From Patescibacteria group bacterium (GTDB lineage Bacteria > Patescibacteriota > Minisyncoccia > Phycocordibacterales > UBA9973): 64,000 nt of DNA. Position 1 is the stretch's first letter, and every line of letters begins with the position of its first letter. Both the position numbers and the translations under genes were made by a program. Under the pieces are notes generated by a model. The model was not told where the DNA came from, did not search any database, and was given only the letters and a program-made list of their open reading frames with translations. The DNA lies in NCBI GenBank assembly GCA_028865035.1, contig JAGWLB010000002.1, positions 49,531 through 113,530 on the forward strand, written 5' to 3'. Shown here piece after piece: positions 1-9,303 of this stretch.

Positions 1-133
1 AGAATTTGGTAGAGTATAGCATAAATAAATATATTTGTCAATATAGCCAAAATACGAATATTGACTAGTCTCAATATTTATAGTAATATTTTTACGAATT
101 GTTATTTTCTAAAATCTATTAAATCATTTAAAA

Positions 134-1015
134 ATGAAAAGAAATTTATGTTTATTAGGGTTATTCATCTGTATGATGTGTAGCACTACTGCCTTTGCAC
201 AACAAGTAGATCTTACTACAAGTAAAAGTTGCTTGAAATCTGCAACAGATTCCGCAATATTAACACCAACTTTTGCTGGATTTAGTTCTCGTATAAGTTG
301 GGAACTTCAAAAGTTAAATCTTGAATTTGGTAACTGGGATAGCATAGGAAGCCCAAACCTAATGCACTATATTGCTTCAGATTCAGCATCTGAGGCGTAC
401 AGAATTCAAGTTAAAGATTCTGCAACAAATGTAATAGCATTTTCAAACGCTATAATAATTTGCAGGTGTGGTGTTCTTCCCGTAACCCTTTCTTATTTCA
501 CAGGTTCGATAAAAAATAATGCCATAAATATATCCTGGGAAACAGTATCGGAGGAAAATTTCTTTCACTTTGAAGTGCAACGCAGTTTAGATGGAGATCA
601 TTTTTCTACAATTGAAGTTGTACCGGCCTCAGGTACTACTGATAATACTGTAGATTATAATGCCATTGATAAAAATATAAACAATAAGTATATATTTTAT
701 CGACTAAAAATTGTCGATAAAGATGGACACTACAGTTATAGCAATGTCATTGTAATGAGAATTAATGTTCCTCTTAATAAGAACATTATAATCGCTAATC
801 CTGTAGATGATCAAATTGCTATTATTTACAATGGTTTATTAGAACAGAACAAAGCTATTGTTCAACTATATTCTTTAGAAGGAAAAATATTAAAAAATCA
901 ATCCTTTGGAAACGGTATCGTTGATGTAAGCAATCTACCATCAGGGTTTTACATTTGTAGAATCATTGATAGTAAAGGAAATATTTTGTTTCATAAAGAA
1001 ATTATGAAACAATAA
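134..1015 (+). CDS. Secreted protein with Bacteroidota-type T9SS (Por) C-terminal sorting domain
   Basis: Signal peptide; 'VLPVTLSYFTG...ISWETVSEEN...FEVQRSLDG...YRLKIVDKDG.YSYS' Ig-like module; C-terminal 'NPV...LYSLEGK...DVSNLPSGFY...IMK' typical of T9SS type A CTD proteins. Confidence 0.8.
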   Translation: MKRNLCLLGLFICMMCSTTAFAQQVDLTTSKSCLKSATDSAILTPTFAGFSSRISWELQKLNLEFGNWDSIGSPNLMHYIASDSASEAYRIQVKDSATNVIAFSNAIIICRCGVLPVTLSYFTGSIKNNAINISWETVSEENFFHFEVQRSLDGDHFSTIEVVPASGTTDNTVDYNAIDKNINNKYIFYRLKIVDKDGHYSYSNVIVMRINVPLNKNIIIANPVDDQIAIIYNGLLEQNKAIVQLYSLEGKILKNQSFGNGIVDVSNLPSGFYICRIIDSKGNILFHKEIMKQ

Positions 1016-1026
1016 ATAAAATATCC

Positions 1027-1068
1027 TAAAAACAAAAAACCTTTGTCCTAAAAAGCAAAGGTTTTTCT
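1027..1068. terminator. Intrinsic terminator (likely bidirectional)
   Basis: aaaaacctttg...caaaggttttt hairpin between the converging CDS and the tRNA-Tyr unit. Confidence 0.6.
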
Positions 1069-1070
1069 CT

Positions 1071-1188
1071 TGTGCGCCGGGAAGGAATTTCTCGCCCTAC
1101 GGTCGCTGGTACTTTTCTAAGATCACAGCTCTATAGAAAAGTCTTTCGAATCCTCCACGTAAGCAAAGCAGTTTGCTTACTCAGGCGC
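1071..1188 (-). ncRNA. Structured element carrying antisense and sense copies of the tRNA-Tyr 3' end
   Basis: ttttctcttgtgcgccgggaagga occurs at ~1063-1086 and 1209-1232; internal hairpins; same layout as 12579-12704. Confidence 0.6.
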
Positions 1189-1218
1189 AAAAAAAACAGC
1201 CGAAGCTGTTTTCTCTTG

Positions 1219-1301
1219 TGCGCCGGGAAGGATTCGAACCTTCGTAGGCCGAAGCCGACAGATTTACAGTCTGTTGTAATTGACCACTCTACCACCGACG
1301 C
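1219..1301 (-). tRNA. tRNA-Tyr(GTA)
   Basis: Cloverleaf on minus strand, anticodon arm acaga-ctGTAaa-tctgt, long variable arm, GTTCGAAT T-loop; CCA not encoded. Confidence 0.97.
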
Positions 1302-1370
1302 ATATGAAAGTGAGTATACACGCTTTTCCTTAATTTTTCAAGAAAATAAAAATATGCTAAAATGCAACAT

Positions 1371-2390
1371 ATGTCACAACTTTATAGTAACTCAATCTTT
1401 TGGATAGATGTAGAAAAAATTAAACCAAATCCTTTTCAGCCTAGACGAGAATTTGATGAAGCACGTCTTCGTGACTTGGCTGATTCAATACGCCAGTATG
1501 GAGTGCTCCAGCCACTAACAGTCTCACGAATGGAAGTCCAAAGGGAAGACGGTGGCTTAGCCGTTGAGTATGAGTTGATTGCCGGTGAACGACGCTTGCG
1601 AGCTTCGAAAATTGCAGGTTTAGAGCAAGTTCCTGTGATTATTCGTGTTGGCGATGATAATATGGTGAAACTCGAACTTGCTATAATTGAGAATTTACAA
1701 AGAGAAGATTTGAACGCTGTAGAGCGTGCTCGTGCTTTCTTTCGTTTAGTTGAAGAATTTAAATTTACTCATAGTCAGATTGGGGCTAAAGTCGGGAAAA
1801 GCCGTGAACACGTTTCAAACACTTTAAGGTTATTAGCTTTACCTCAAGAGATTCTTGATGGTTTATCTGCCGGTAAAATTACTGAAGGTCATACACGTCC
1901 TATCCTTATGTTAGCTGATAGGCCTGAAGAACAAATGGTACTGTTTAAAGAAATAATGTTTAAGAAAATGACAGTTAGAGATGCAGAAAAGATTGCTCGT
2001 AAAATCGCCTTTGATCGTGTGCGTAAAAAGGAGTATATGCCTGACCCAGAGATAACAGAAATGGAAGATAAATTACAAGAAGCACTTGGTACTCGTGTTC
2101 ATATAGATCGTAAAGAGAATGGTGGACAGATAATGATTGATTTCTTTTCAAATGATGATTTACGTACTATCTTAGAATTATTAAAATCAAATCAAGATAA
2201 AAATCCAAATGAAATGCTAGAGAACTTTATTGCAGCTCAAAAGGATCAGGAGCAAGAAGTCGTTGGAGAAGTAGAAGGAGATACAACCGAAGATGATAAT
2301 ATACATCTTATAGATGATCGTACGCCCGAAGAAGTTGTTCAAGCTGAAGAAGATGTAGATTTGTACAATATTAAAAATTTCTCAATTTAA
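1371..2390 (+). CDS. parB: ParB/Spo0J chromosome partitioning protein
   Basis: PNPFQPRREF, LIAGERRLRA, IENLQREDL motifs; start chosen at the ATG just after a -10 box. Confidence 0.95.
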   Translation: MSQLYSNSIFWIDVEKIKPNPFQPRREFDEARLRDLADSIRQYGVLQPLTVSRMEVQREDGGLAVEYELIAGERRLRASKIAGLEQVPVIIRVGDDNMVKLELAIIENLQREDLNAVERARAFFRLVEEFKFTHSQIGAKVGKSREHVSNTLRLLALPQEILDGLSAGKITEGHTRPILMLADRPEEQMVLFKEIMFKKMTVRDAEKIARKIAFDRVRKKEYMPDPEITEMEDKLQEALGTRVHIDRKENGGQIMIDFFSNDDLRTILELLKSNQDKNPNEMLENFIAAQKDQEQEVVGEVEGDTTEDDNIHLIDDRTPEEVVQAEEDVDLYNIKNFSI

Positions 2391-3856
2391 TTTTTACCAA
2401 ACGATAGGAATTTAGAAAGTAAACTATGAGACTTAAGGTAGGCATTAATATGTTTACGTGCTAATCCTGTCTTTGTGTAAACTAACCATTTAGATGAGGG
2501 GTTAGTGTTCTTGTTGACTTGTATCTCTACAATATCATTTGTTTTTAATTTTGTATGGATAGCTACGTTTTTCCCATTCACTCTAGCCCCTTGAGTATGG
2601 TTTCCGATATCAGTGTGTATTGCATAAGCAAAATCTATCACACACGAATCTTCTGGTAAATCTATAATGTCTCCTTTAGGAGTAAACACAAAAACACGAT
2701 CTTTAAAGAAATCCATTTTAATTGTTTTTAAAAATATCTCAGGTTTTTCTTTGTTAATGTTATTGTCATTTAACTTTCTAAGCTCTTGGACCCATTCAAA
2801 TTGCTGTATGTTTATATTTTTGTTTTCTTTGTATGCGAAGTGAGCTGCAATACCATATTCAGCTTCTCTGTGCATTTCATATGTACGAATCTGAATTTCA
2901 ACTATCCCACCTGTTCCAGTAAATATCGTAGTATGTAAACTTCTGTAGCCATTTAATTTTGGAGTAGCTATGTAATCTTTAAAACGATGAGGGAGAGGAG
3001 TCCATGCTCCATGTATGATACCCAGGACATGATAACAGTCTGCAATGGAGTCAACCATTACCCTTAAGGCTAGTATGTCGTATATCTTGCCGATATCCAT
3101 ATCATACTTTTTTAATTTTTTCCATAACGAATACAAATGCTTTTGTCTGTAGTCAACGTTGGAGTTTTCTATGTGATCTTCTTTTAACTTTTTTATCAAT
3201 TCATTCTTAACTTCAATCAAATACTTTTCATCAACACCTTTCTTATCTAAAAGTAATTTGTATACTTCCTTGTATTCTTTAGGGTAAGCAAATTTAAATG
3301 CAGCATCTTCAAGTCGCCCTTTGAGTTGACCCATAGAAAGACGATTAGCCAAAGGTGCATAAACTTCAAGTGTTTCGAGGGCTATTCTTTTCTGTTTGTC
3401 TAGTCTGACATGTTCAAGTGTCTCTATGTTATGTAATCGGTCAGCAAGCTTAATAACTAGTACTCTTAAATCCTCAGTCATAGATACAAAGAATTTGCGT
3501 AAGTTTTCTACATTACGTTCTATTCCTTTGTATTTTATTGTGCCGAGTTTTGTTACTCCTTTTACAAGTAGTACTATTTCTTCTCCGAATTCGTTTTTTA
3601 ATTCTTCCTCGGTTGTATTAGTATCTTCAAGTACGTCGTGTAAGAAACCAGCAGCTATAACTACTGGACCCATACCTAAGTCAGCTAAATTTTTAGCAGT
3701 TTGAAAAACATGAGTAAAGTATGGTTTACCACTTTTACGAAGTTGGCCATTATGGGCTTTAAGTGCAAAATTATATGCTTTCTCAATAAGTGCTTTTTCA
3801 CTAGCATCAATATTGGGAATAATAGAGAATATTTGGTTTATATCTACATTAGGCAT
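2387..3856 (-). CDS. relA: RelA/SpoT (p)ppGpp synthetase/hydrolase, HD-SYNTH-TGS form
   Basis: LHDVLED, KLADRLHN, KDYIATPK.NGYRSLHT, EIQIRT, VFVFTPKG and TGS domain; no C-terminal ACT domain. Confidence 0.92.
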   Translation of the reverse strand: MPNVDINQIFSIIPNIDASEKALIEKAYNFALKAHNGQLRKSGKPYFTHVFQTAKNLADLGMGPVVIAAGFLHDVLEDTNTTEEELKNEFGEEIVLLVKGVTKLGTIKYKGIERNVENLRKFFVSMTEDLRVLVIKLADRLHNIETLEHVRLDKQKRIALETLEVYAPLANRLSMGQLKGRLEDAAFKFAYPKEYKEVYKLLLDKKGVDEKYLIEVKNELIKKLKEDHIENSNVDYRQKHLYSLWKKLKKYDMDIGKIYDILALRVMVDSIADCYHVLGIIHGAWTPLPHRFKDYIATPKLNGYRSLHTTIFTGTGGIVEIQIRTYEMHREAEYGIAAHFAYKENKNINIQQFEWVQELRKLNDNNINKEKPEIFLKTIKMDFFKDRVFVFTPKGDIIDLPEDSCVIDFAYAIHTDIGNHTQGARVNGKNVAIHTKLKTNDIVEIQVNKNTNPSSKWLVYTKTGLARKHINAYLKSHSLLSKFLSFGKN

Positions 3857-3893
3857 ATATCTAATTATATATTAAAAACTTAAAGTAAGCCCG

Positions 3894-6134
3894 TTATTTC
3901 TTTTTTACCTTTATATTTTCGCCTAGTTTATGAGGATTATGGTTTTTGCACATTTTATTCGAGCACCGCTCAGGTATCGTCTTCGTACCTTCCATCATAA
4001 GAGATTGACAATATGGACAGATGTTACCTGTGGGCTTGGCTTTAATTGCATTCTTACAATCTGGATAGTTACTGCAAGAATAGAATATTCCAAATCTTCC
4101 ACGACGTTCCATCATTTTACCTTTATTGCAAACTGGACAAGTGACATCAGTCATTTTCTTTTTCTTTTCTTCTTCATCTTCTTTTATAAATTTACATTTT
4201 GGGTATCGTGAACAAGAAACAAAAGCTCCGAACTTTCCTTGTCTTATTACTAGTTTTCCACCATGTACCTTTTTCTTTTTTTCTCCTGCCTGCGCAGGCA
4301 GGCCACAGAGTGGACACATTTCACCAGTTTCCTTTGGTCCCTCAAGCTCCAAACCTTCTATAGTACGAGCTCCATCACAGTCGGGGTAACGTGAACATGA
4401 ATAGAATTTACCATTACGAGCAAGTTTTATAATCATAGATGATCCACATTTAGGACAAATCATATCAGCAGGTGCTTCTCCCATATTTGTTGCTTTGGCT
4501 AATTTGTCTTTTTCCTTGATATCTTTCTGGAATGGAATATAAAAATCTTTTAGAGTTTTCACATATTCACGTTTACCATTTGCGATATCATCAAGCTCAT
4601 CTTCCATTTCAGCTGTAAAAGTATCACTTATATATTCAGCGAAATTATTCTCCAGAAAACTCGATACTACATCTCCGGTGTCAGTAGGGAAAAGAGTGCG
4701 ACCTTCTTTTGTAACATAGCCACGGTCTTCTATGGTACGCATTATAGATGCATAAGTACTTGGTCTACCGATACCTCGTGCTTCAAGTTCTTTTACCAAT
4801 CCTGCCTCACTGTATCTGTTTGGTGGTTCAGTGAACTTTTCTGTGTTTTTAAGTTCGAGTAGCTTTAATAGTGCACCGACTTCTACAAGTGGAAGCTCTA
4901 CATCATCACCACGTGCTTCACTATCGCATGCAAGCCATCCAGGAGATATCATTCTTGATCCATTCGCTGTGAAATCTGGTATATCAGCCGATTGAATATT
5001 TGCGATAATTTTTGTTTTCATAAGTTTTGCGTCTATCATTTGTGATGATACTGTGCGTTCCCATATAAGACGATACAATTTTTTCTGTTCATCGTTGGAT
5101 CCTTCATTCATAGACTCAATATGTGTCGGACGAATAGCTTCGTGTGCCTCCTGTGCATTTTTAGATTTAGTTTTATATACACGAAGCTCTACTTGGTCTT
5201 GACCATATTTTTTCTCTATAACTTTTTTAATTTGTTCTTGAGCAACCTTAGCAAGGTTTGTGCTGTCTGTACGCATATAAGTTATAAAACCAGCTTCGTA
5301 TAATTTTTGAGCAACTTGCATTGTTCTTGATGGTGAAAAACCTAAACGAGTACTTGCTGTTTGTTGTAGTGTTGATGTAGTGAATGGTGCGCGTGGGCTA
5401 CGTTTCTGCTCAGACGTTTTTATATCAGTGACAAACCATTTTTCTTTTTCTCCTTTTGTTAATATATTTTCTACAATTTTTTGGTCACGAGGTTCATCAA
5501 CACAAGTTAGTGTTAATTTTTCTTTTTTGGGTGTTTCAAATAATCCTTCAAGTGTCCAATATTGCTCTGGTACAAAAGCACGAATTTCGCGTTCACGTTC
5601 CATAATAATACGTAAAGCAGGGGATTGTACTCTTCCTGCTGATAGTCCATATCTTACTTTTTTCCAAATAATACCCGAGAGATCATATCCTACAAGTCTA
5701 TCAAGTACTCTTCGGGCTTCTTGTGCTTTACGCAGGTTTGTATCTATATCTCGGGGAGATTTCAATGCTTCCTCGACAGCTTCCTTTGTTATTTCATGAA
5801 AAGCCACTCTTTTAATAGGTGCTTTGATCTTACTATTGCTATGTAAGATTTCTTCTATATGCCAGGCGATTGCTTCTCCTTCACGGTCCGGGTCAGTTGC
5901 GAGCATTATCTCATTTGCTTTTAATGCTAAATCTGTCAATTCATTTACAACTTTTTCTTTACCTTTTGAAATTTCATAGTGTGGAACAAATCCACCAGGT
6001 ATATCAATTGCAGTTTTGTTAGATTTTGGTAAATCACGTATATGTCCGACAGATGCACGGACAGTAAAAGCTCCATCGAGATACTTCTCAATAGTTTTTG
6101 CTTTTGAAGGTGATTCAACAATTAATAATTTCAT
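3894..6134 (-). CDS. topA: DNA topoisomerase I
   Basis: IVESPSKAK, ATDPDREGE, SAGRVQS, ITYMRTD; C-terminal Zn ribbons. Confidence 0.98.
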   Translation of the reverse strand: MKLLIVESPSKAKTIEKYLDGAFTVRASVGHIRDLPKSNKTAIDIPGGFVPHYEISKGKEKVVNELTDLALKANEIMLATDPDREGEAIAWHIEEILHSNSKIKAPIKRVAFHEITKEAVEEALKSPRDIDTNLRKAQEARRVLDRLVGYDLSGIIWKKVRYGLSAGRVQSPALRIIMEREREIRAFVPEQYWTLEGLFETPKKEKLTLTCVDEPRDQKIVENILTKGEKEKWFVTDIKTSEQKRSPRAPFTTSTLQQTASTRLGFSPSRTMQVAQKLYEAGFITYMRTDSTNLAKVAQEQIKKVIEKKYGQDQVELRVYKTKSKNAQEAHEAIRPTHIESMNEGSNDEQKKLYRLIWERTVSSQMIDAKLMKTKIIANIQSADIPDFTANGSRMISPGWLACDSEARGDDVELPLVEVGALLKLLELKNTEKFTEPPNRYSEAGLVKELEARGIGRPSTYASIMRTIEDRGYVTKEGRTLFPTDTGDVVSSFLENNFAEYISDTFTAEMEDELDDIANGKREYVKTLKDFYIPFQKDIKEKDKLAKATNMGEAPADMICPKCGSSMIIKLARNGKFYSCSRYPDCDGARTIEGLELEGPKETGEMCPLCGLPAQAGEKKKKVHGGKLVIRQGKFGAFVSCSRYPKCKFIKEDEEEKKKKMTDVTCPVCNKGKMMERRGRFGIFYSCSNYPDCKNAIKAKPTGNICPYCQSLMMEGTKTIPERCSNKMCKNHNPHKLGENIKVKKK
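4285..4302. repeat. 18-bp perfect palindrome CCTGCCTGCGCAGGCAGG, in-frame in topA
   Basis: Identical copy at 13138-13155, variant at 30967-30984; read as LPAQAG in TopA. Confidence 0.85.
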
Positions 6135-6193
6135 ATGACTCTATTAGTAGCATTGATTATATTTTTTTGCAAACAATTTACATAAAATACAAT

Positions 6194-7057
6194 TTATATT
6201 TTATGTATTTCTCCCATCTCTTCTTTTATTAATTCTTTTATCTCCATTATCGAAAGCAAAGCATTTGCTGTAGATGTATCAGTATCTAGGAGTCGAATAA
6301 GTTCATCTCTTTCTATTGGTTCACGAAGTAGCTCAATGATTCTTTTTTCTTCTTTTGAACAATCAGCATACTTTTCTTTTTCATCTAAGAATGGTTTCTC
6401 GATAGTAAAACCAAGTGCTTCAAGAACTTCTTCGCTTGTAGTCACTGGAGTGGCTCCTTGGCGGATGAGAGTATTAGTGCCTCTTGAATTTGAAGAAAAA
6501 GCTGAACCAGGTACAGCTAAGACATCGCGATTATAATCGAGGGCCATACGAGCTGTGATAAGTGTTCCAGATTTTTCCTCAGCTTCTATAATAAGAACTG
6601 CTTTTGCTATTCCTGCCATTAAGCGATTTCTTTGGGGGAATGAATATAATGTAGCTTTCCATTTTGGGTCAAGTTCAGAAATTAAACATCCACCTTTCTC
6701 TACTATATCTTTTGCTAGATTAATATTACTTTGTGGATGCAATACACTATAGTCTAAACCAGATCCTGGGAAAGATATAGTTAAGAGAGATGCCTTAAGG
6801 GCAGCTCTGTGAGCAATACTATCAATACCAAGAGCAAGCCCTGAAACAATCACAATAGGATAACCTTTTAAACCTTCTATTAATTTCTCGCATATATCAC
6901 GACCATATGATGTATATTTTCGAGACCCAACTACTGCTAGGTAAACGTATTGGCTTGGAGGCATTTTACCACGCATATATAGAGTTCTTGGAGGTTGAGG
7001 TATTTCAAGTAATGGTTTAGGAAATTCTTCAGGTTTTAATTTTATAATATCTGACAT
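6194..7057 (-). CDS. dprA: DNA-processing protein DprA
   Basis: AVVGSR, IVSGLALGID, FPQRNR, EAEEKSGTLITA motifs; adjacent to topA. Confidence 0.96.
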   Translation of the reverse strand: MSDIIKLKPEEFPKPLLEIPQPPRTLYMRGKMPPSQYVYLAVVGSRKYTSYGRDICEKLIEGLKGYPIVIVSGLALGIDSIAHRAALKASLLTISFPGSGLDYSVLHPQSNINLAKDIVEKGGCLISELDPKWKATLYSFPQRNRLMAGIAKAVLIIEAEEKSGTLITARMALDYNRDVLAVPGSAFSSNSRGTNTLIRQGATPVTTSEEVLEALGFTIEKPFLDEKEKYADCSKEEKRIIELLREPIERDELIRLLDTDTSTANALLSIMEIKELIKEEMGEIHKI

Positions 7058-7117
7058 ATTAGTGAGCTGTATTATCAATTTGTCTATTGTATCATTTTTT
7101 TATATACTGATACTATT

Positions 7118-8428
7118 ATGCTAGACATTAAATTCATCAGAGAGAATAAAGATATAGTAAAAGCTGGCATTAAAAAAAAGAATGCCAATGTGGATATAGA
7201 TGAACTTCTCAAGCTAGACGAGAAGAGACTTTCAATTATGGCAAGTTCTGAGATTCTTCGCAGTGAACAAAACAGAATGAACAACTCAATTGCTGCAGAG
7301 AAAGATTTTAATACACGACAGCAAATGATAAATGAAATGAAGATTGTTAAGGATGAATTTAAAGAAAAAGAAGAAGAACTTCAAAAAATTATAGCTCAAT
7401 GGCAAGCCTTAATGTTAAAGATACCAAATATTCCATCTGTAGATACACCAGAAGGTCCAGATGAAACAGGTAATCAAGTTATAAGACAATGGGGAGAGAA
7501 GCCTGAATTTTCTTTTACTCCCAAAGAACATTTTGAACTTGGTAAAAATTTAGGAGTAATAGACACAGAAACTGCTGCAGAAGTTGCTTCATCACGCTTT
7601 TCTTACTTAAAAGGTGATTTGGTCCTTTTACAGTTTGCTCTTATACAGATGTGTTTAGAAATTTTAACAAATCAAGAAACTTTATCTAAGATAGCTCAAG
7701 AAGCTGGTCTTTCTGTAAATACAAAAGAATTCATTCCTGTTATACCTCCAGTATTCATTAGACCACTAGTACAAATAAAAATGGCACGTTATCTTACTCC
7801 AGATGATCATTATATTTTCCCTAATGATGATCTTATGCTTATAGGTAGTGCTGAACATACTTTAGGTTCAATGCATATGAATAAGATTTTTGAAGAGAAT
7901 GAATTGCCTATTAGATATGCAGGTTACTCGACTGCGTTTAGACGTGAAGCAGGTACTGCTGGTAAAGATACTAACGGAATCCTAAGACAACACCAATTTG
8001 ATAAATTAGAAATGGAGGTTTTTTCTTTACCCGAGAATTCAACCCAGGAACAGAATTTTCTAGTAGCAATACAAGAGTACATATTAAAGACTCTAAATTT
8101 ACCCTACCAAGTAGTTTCCGTTTGTACAGGTGATATGGGTTTCCCAGATACTAGACAAATAGATATAGAGACTTGGATGCCAGGACAGAACAAATATAGA
8201 GAGACTCATAGCTCAGATAGCACCGGCGGTTTTCAAGCTCGTCGTCTGAATACGAGAGTACGCAGGAAAGATGGAAGAATAGAGCCTGTGCATATGAATG
8301 ATGCTACTGTTGTTGCTGTTGGTCGCACTTTGATTGCTATTATGGAAAACTATCAACAAGAAGATGGAAGTATAAAAATCCCAGAAGTTCTAAGGAAGTA
8401 TTTTAATAAAGATATTATTTCTTCATAA
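7118..8428 (+). CDS. serS: Seryl-tRNA synthetase
   Basis: MLDIKFIREN, FRREAG..G..TNGILRQHQFDKLE, AIMENYQ. Confidence 0.98.
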   Translation: MLDIKFIRENKDIVKAGIKKKNANVDIDELLKLDEKRLSIMASSEILRSEQNRMNNSIAAEKDFNTRQQMINEMKIVKDEFKEKEEELQKIIAQWQALMLKIPNIPSVDTPEGPDETGNQVIRQWGEKPEFSFTPKEHFELGKNLGVIDTETAAEVASSRFSYLKGDLVLLQFALIQMCLEILTNQETLSKIAQEAGLSVNTKEFIPVIPPVFIRPLVQIKMARYLTPDDHYIFPNDDLMLIGSAEHTLGSMHMNKIFEENELPIRYAGYSTAFRREAGTAGKDTNGILRQHQFDKLEMEVFSLPENSTQEQNFLVAIQEYILKTLNLPYQVVSVCTGDMGFPDTRQIDIETWMPGQNKYRETHSSDSTGGFQARRLNTRVRRKDGRIEPVHMNDATVVAVGRTLIAIMENYQQEDGSIKIPEVLRKYFNKDIISS

Positions 8429-8434
8429 TTTAAT

Positions 8435-9298
8435 ATGAAAGATATTCTTACGTCACCACGTATGGAAGATTTGAAACGCAGCCGTCGCAAGCGACGTTTA
8501 CGAATGGTAATTCTTATTTTTATATTACTTATTACAGTTGTATATGCCCTAGCTTTCTTCTCTAGTAATCCAAAAATTACACTAAATAAAATTATCGTCA
8601 CAGGTACTCGTATTATAAGTGATACGAAAGTAGAATCAGATACTAGACAAGTAATTTCTGGTAAATATTTACACCTTTTTGCAAGAGACAACAGTCTTAT
8701 CTATCCAAAAACAAATATATATAGTACGTTAATTAAAGATTTCCCTAGGATAAAAACTCTCACCATAAATCGCAGTGGTTGGAATACTTTGACAATAGAC
8801 ATAACAGAGCGCCTAGGCTCGTATCTATATTGTGGTTCTCAGATACCAACAGTAGAATCAAATATCGGAGAAAATTGTTATTTTGTAAATAATGATGGAT
8901 ATATTTTCGATAAGGCACCATATTTTTCTGGTAATGTATACTTCAAATATTATGCTCCACTTGGAGCGGGTGAAGCAAATCCACTTGGACAGCAATTACT
9001 TACGCCAGATCGTTTCCATAAAATAGCTAGATTCATCGATGGTGTTATTGCTGTTGGATTTAAGCCAACTTACTTAGTGATAGGTAATGATGATGATTAC
9101 CTGTATCTTGACCATAAATCCACAGATACTAGTCCACAGATCATATTCAATAATGAAAATGATTTAGATCAAATATTAAATAATTTATCTTTAGCAATGA
9201 CTAAACCAGAATTTGCCAATGTTATTAATTCTAAGTATACTACTCTTTTATATATAGACTTACGGTTTAAAAATAAGGTTTTATATAAATTTCAATAA
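8435..9298 (+). CDS. FtsQ/DivIB-like cell division protein
   Basis: Basic N-terminus, single TM, POTRA-like segment, C-terminal YIDLRF..KV.YK. Confidence 0.7.
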   Translation: MKDILTSPRMEDLKRSRRKRRLRMVILIFILLITVVYALAFFSSNPKITLNKIIVTGTRIISDTKVESDTRQVISGKYLHLFARDNSLIYPKTNIYSTLIKDFPRIKTLTINRSGWNTLTIDITERLGSYLYCGSQIPTVESNIGENCYFVNNDGYIFDKAPYFSGNVYFKYYAPLGAGEANPLGQQLLTPDRFHKIARFIDGVIAVGFKPTYLVIGNDDDYLYLDHKSTDTSPQIIFNNENDLDQILNNLSLAMTKPEFANVINSKYTTLLYIDLRFKNKVLYKFQ

Positions 9299-9303
9299 TT
9301 ATA

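Noticed and set aside
1072-1407. 111-aa ORF
   Set aside because: Antisense to tRNA-Tyr and the structured element; shadow ORF
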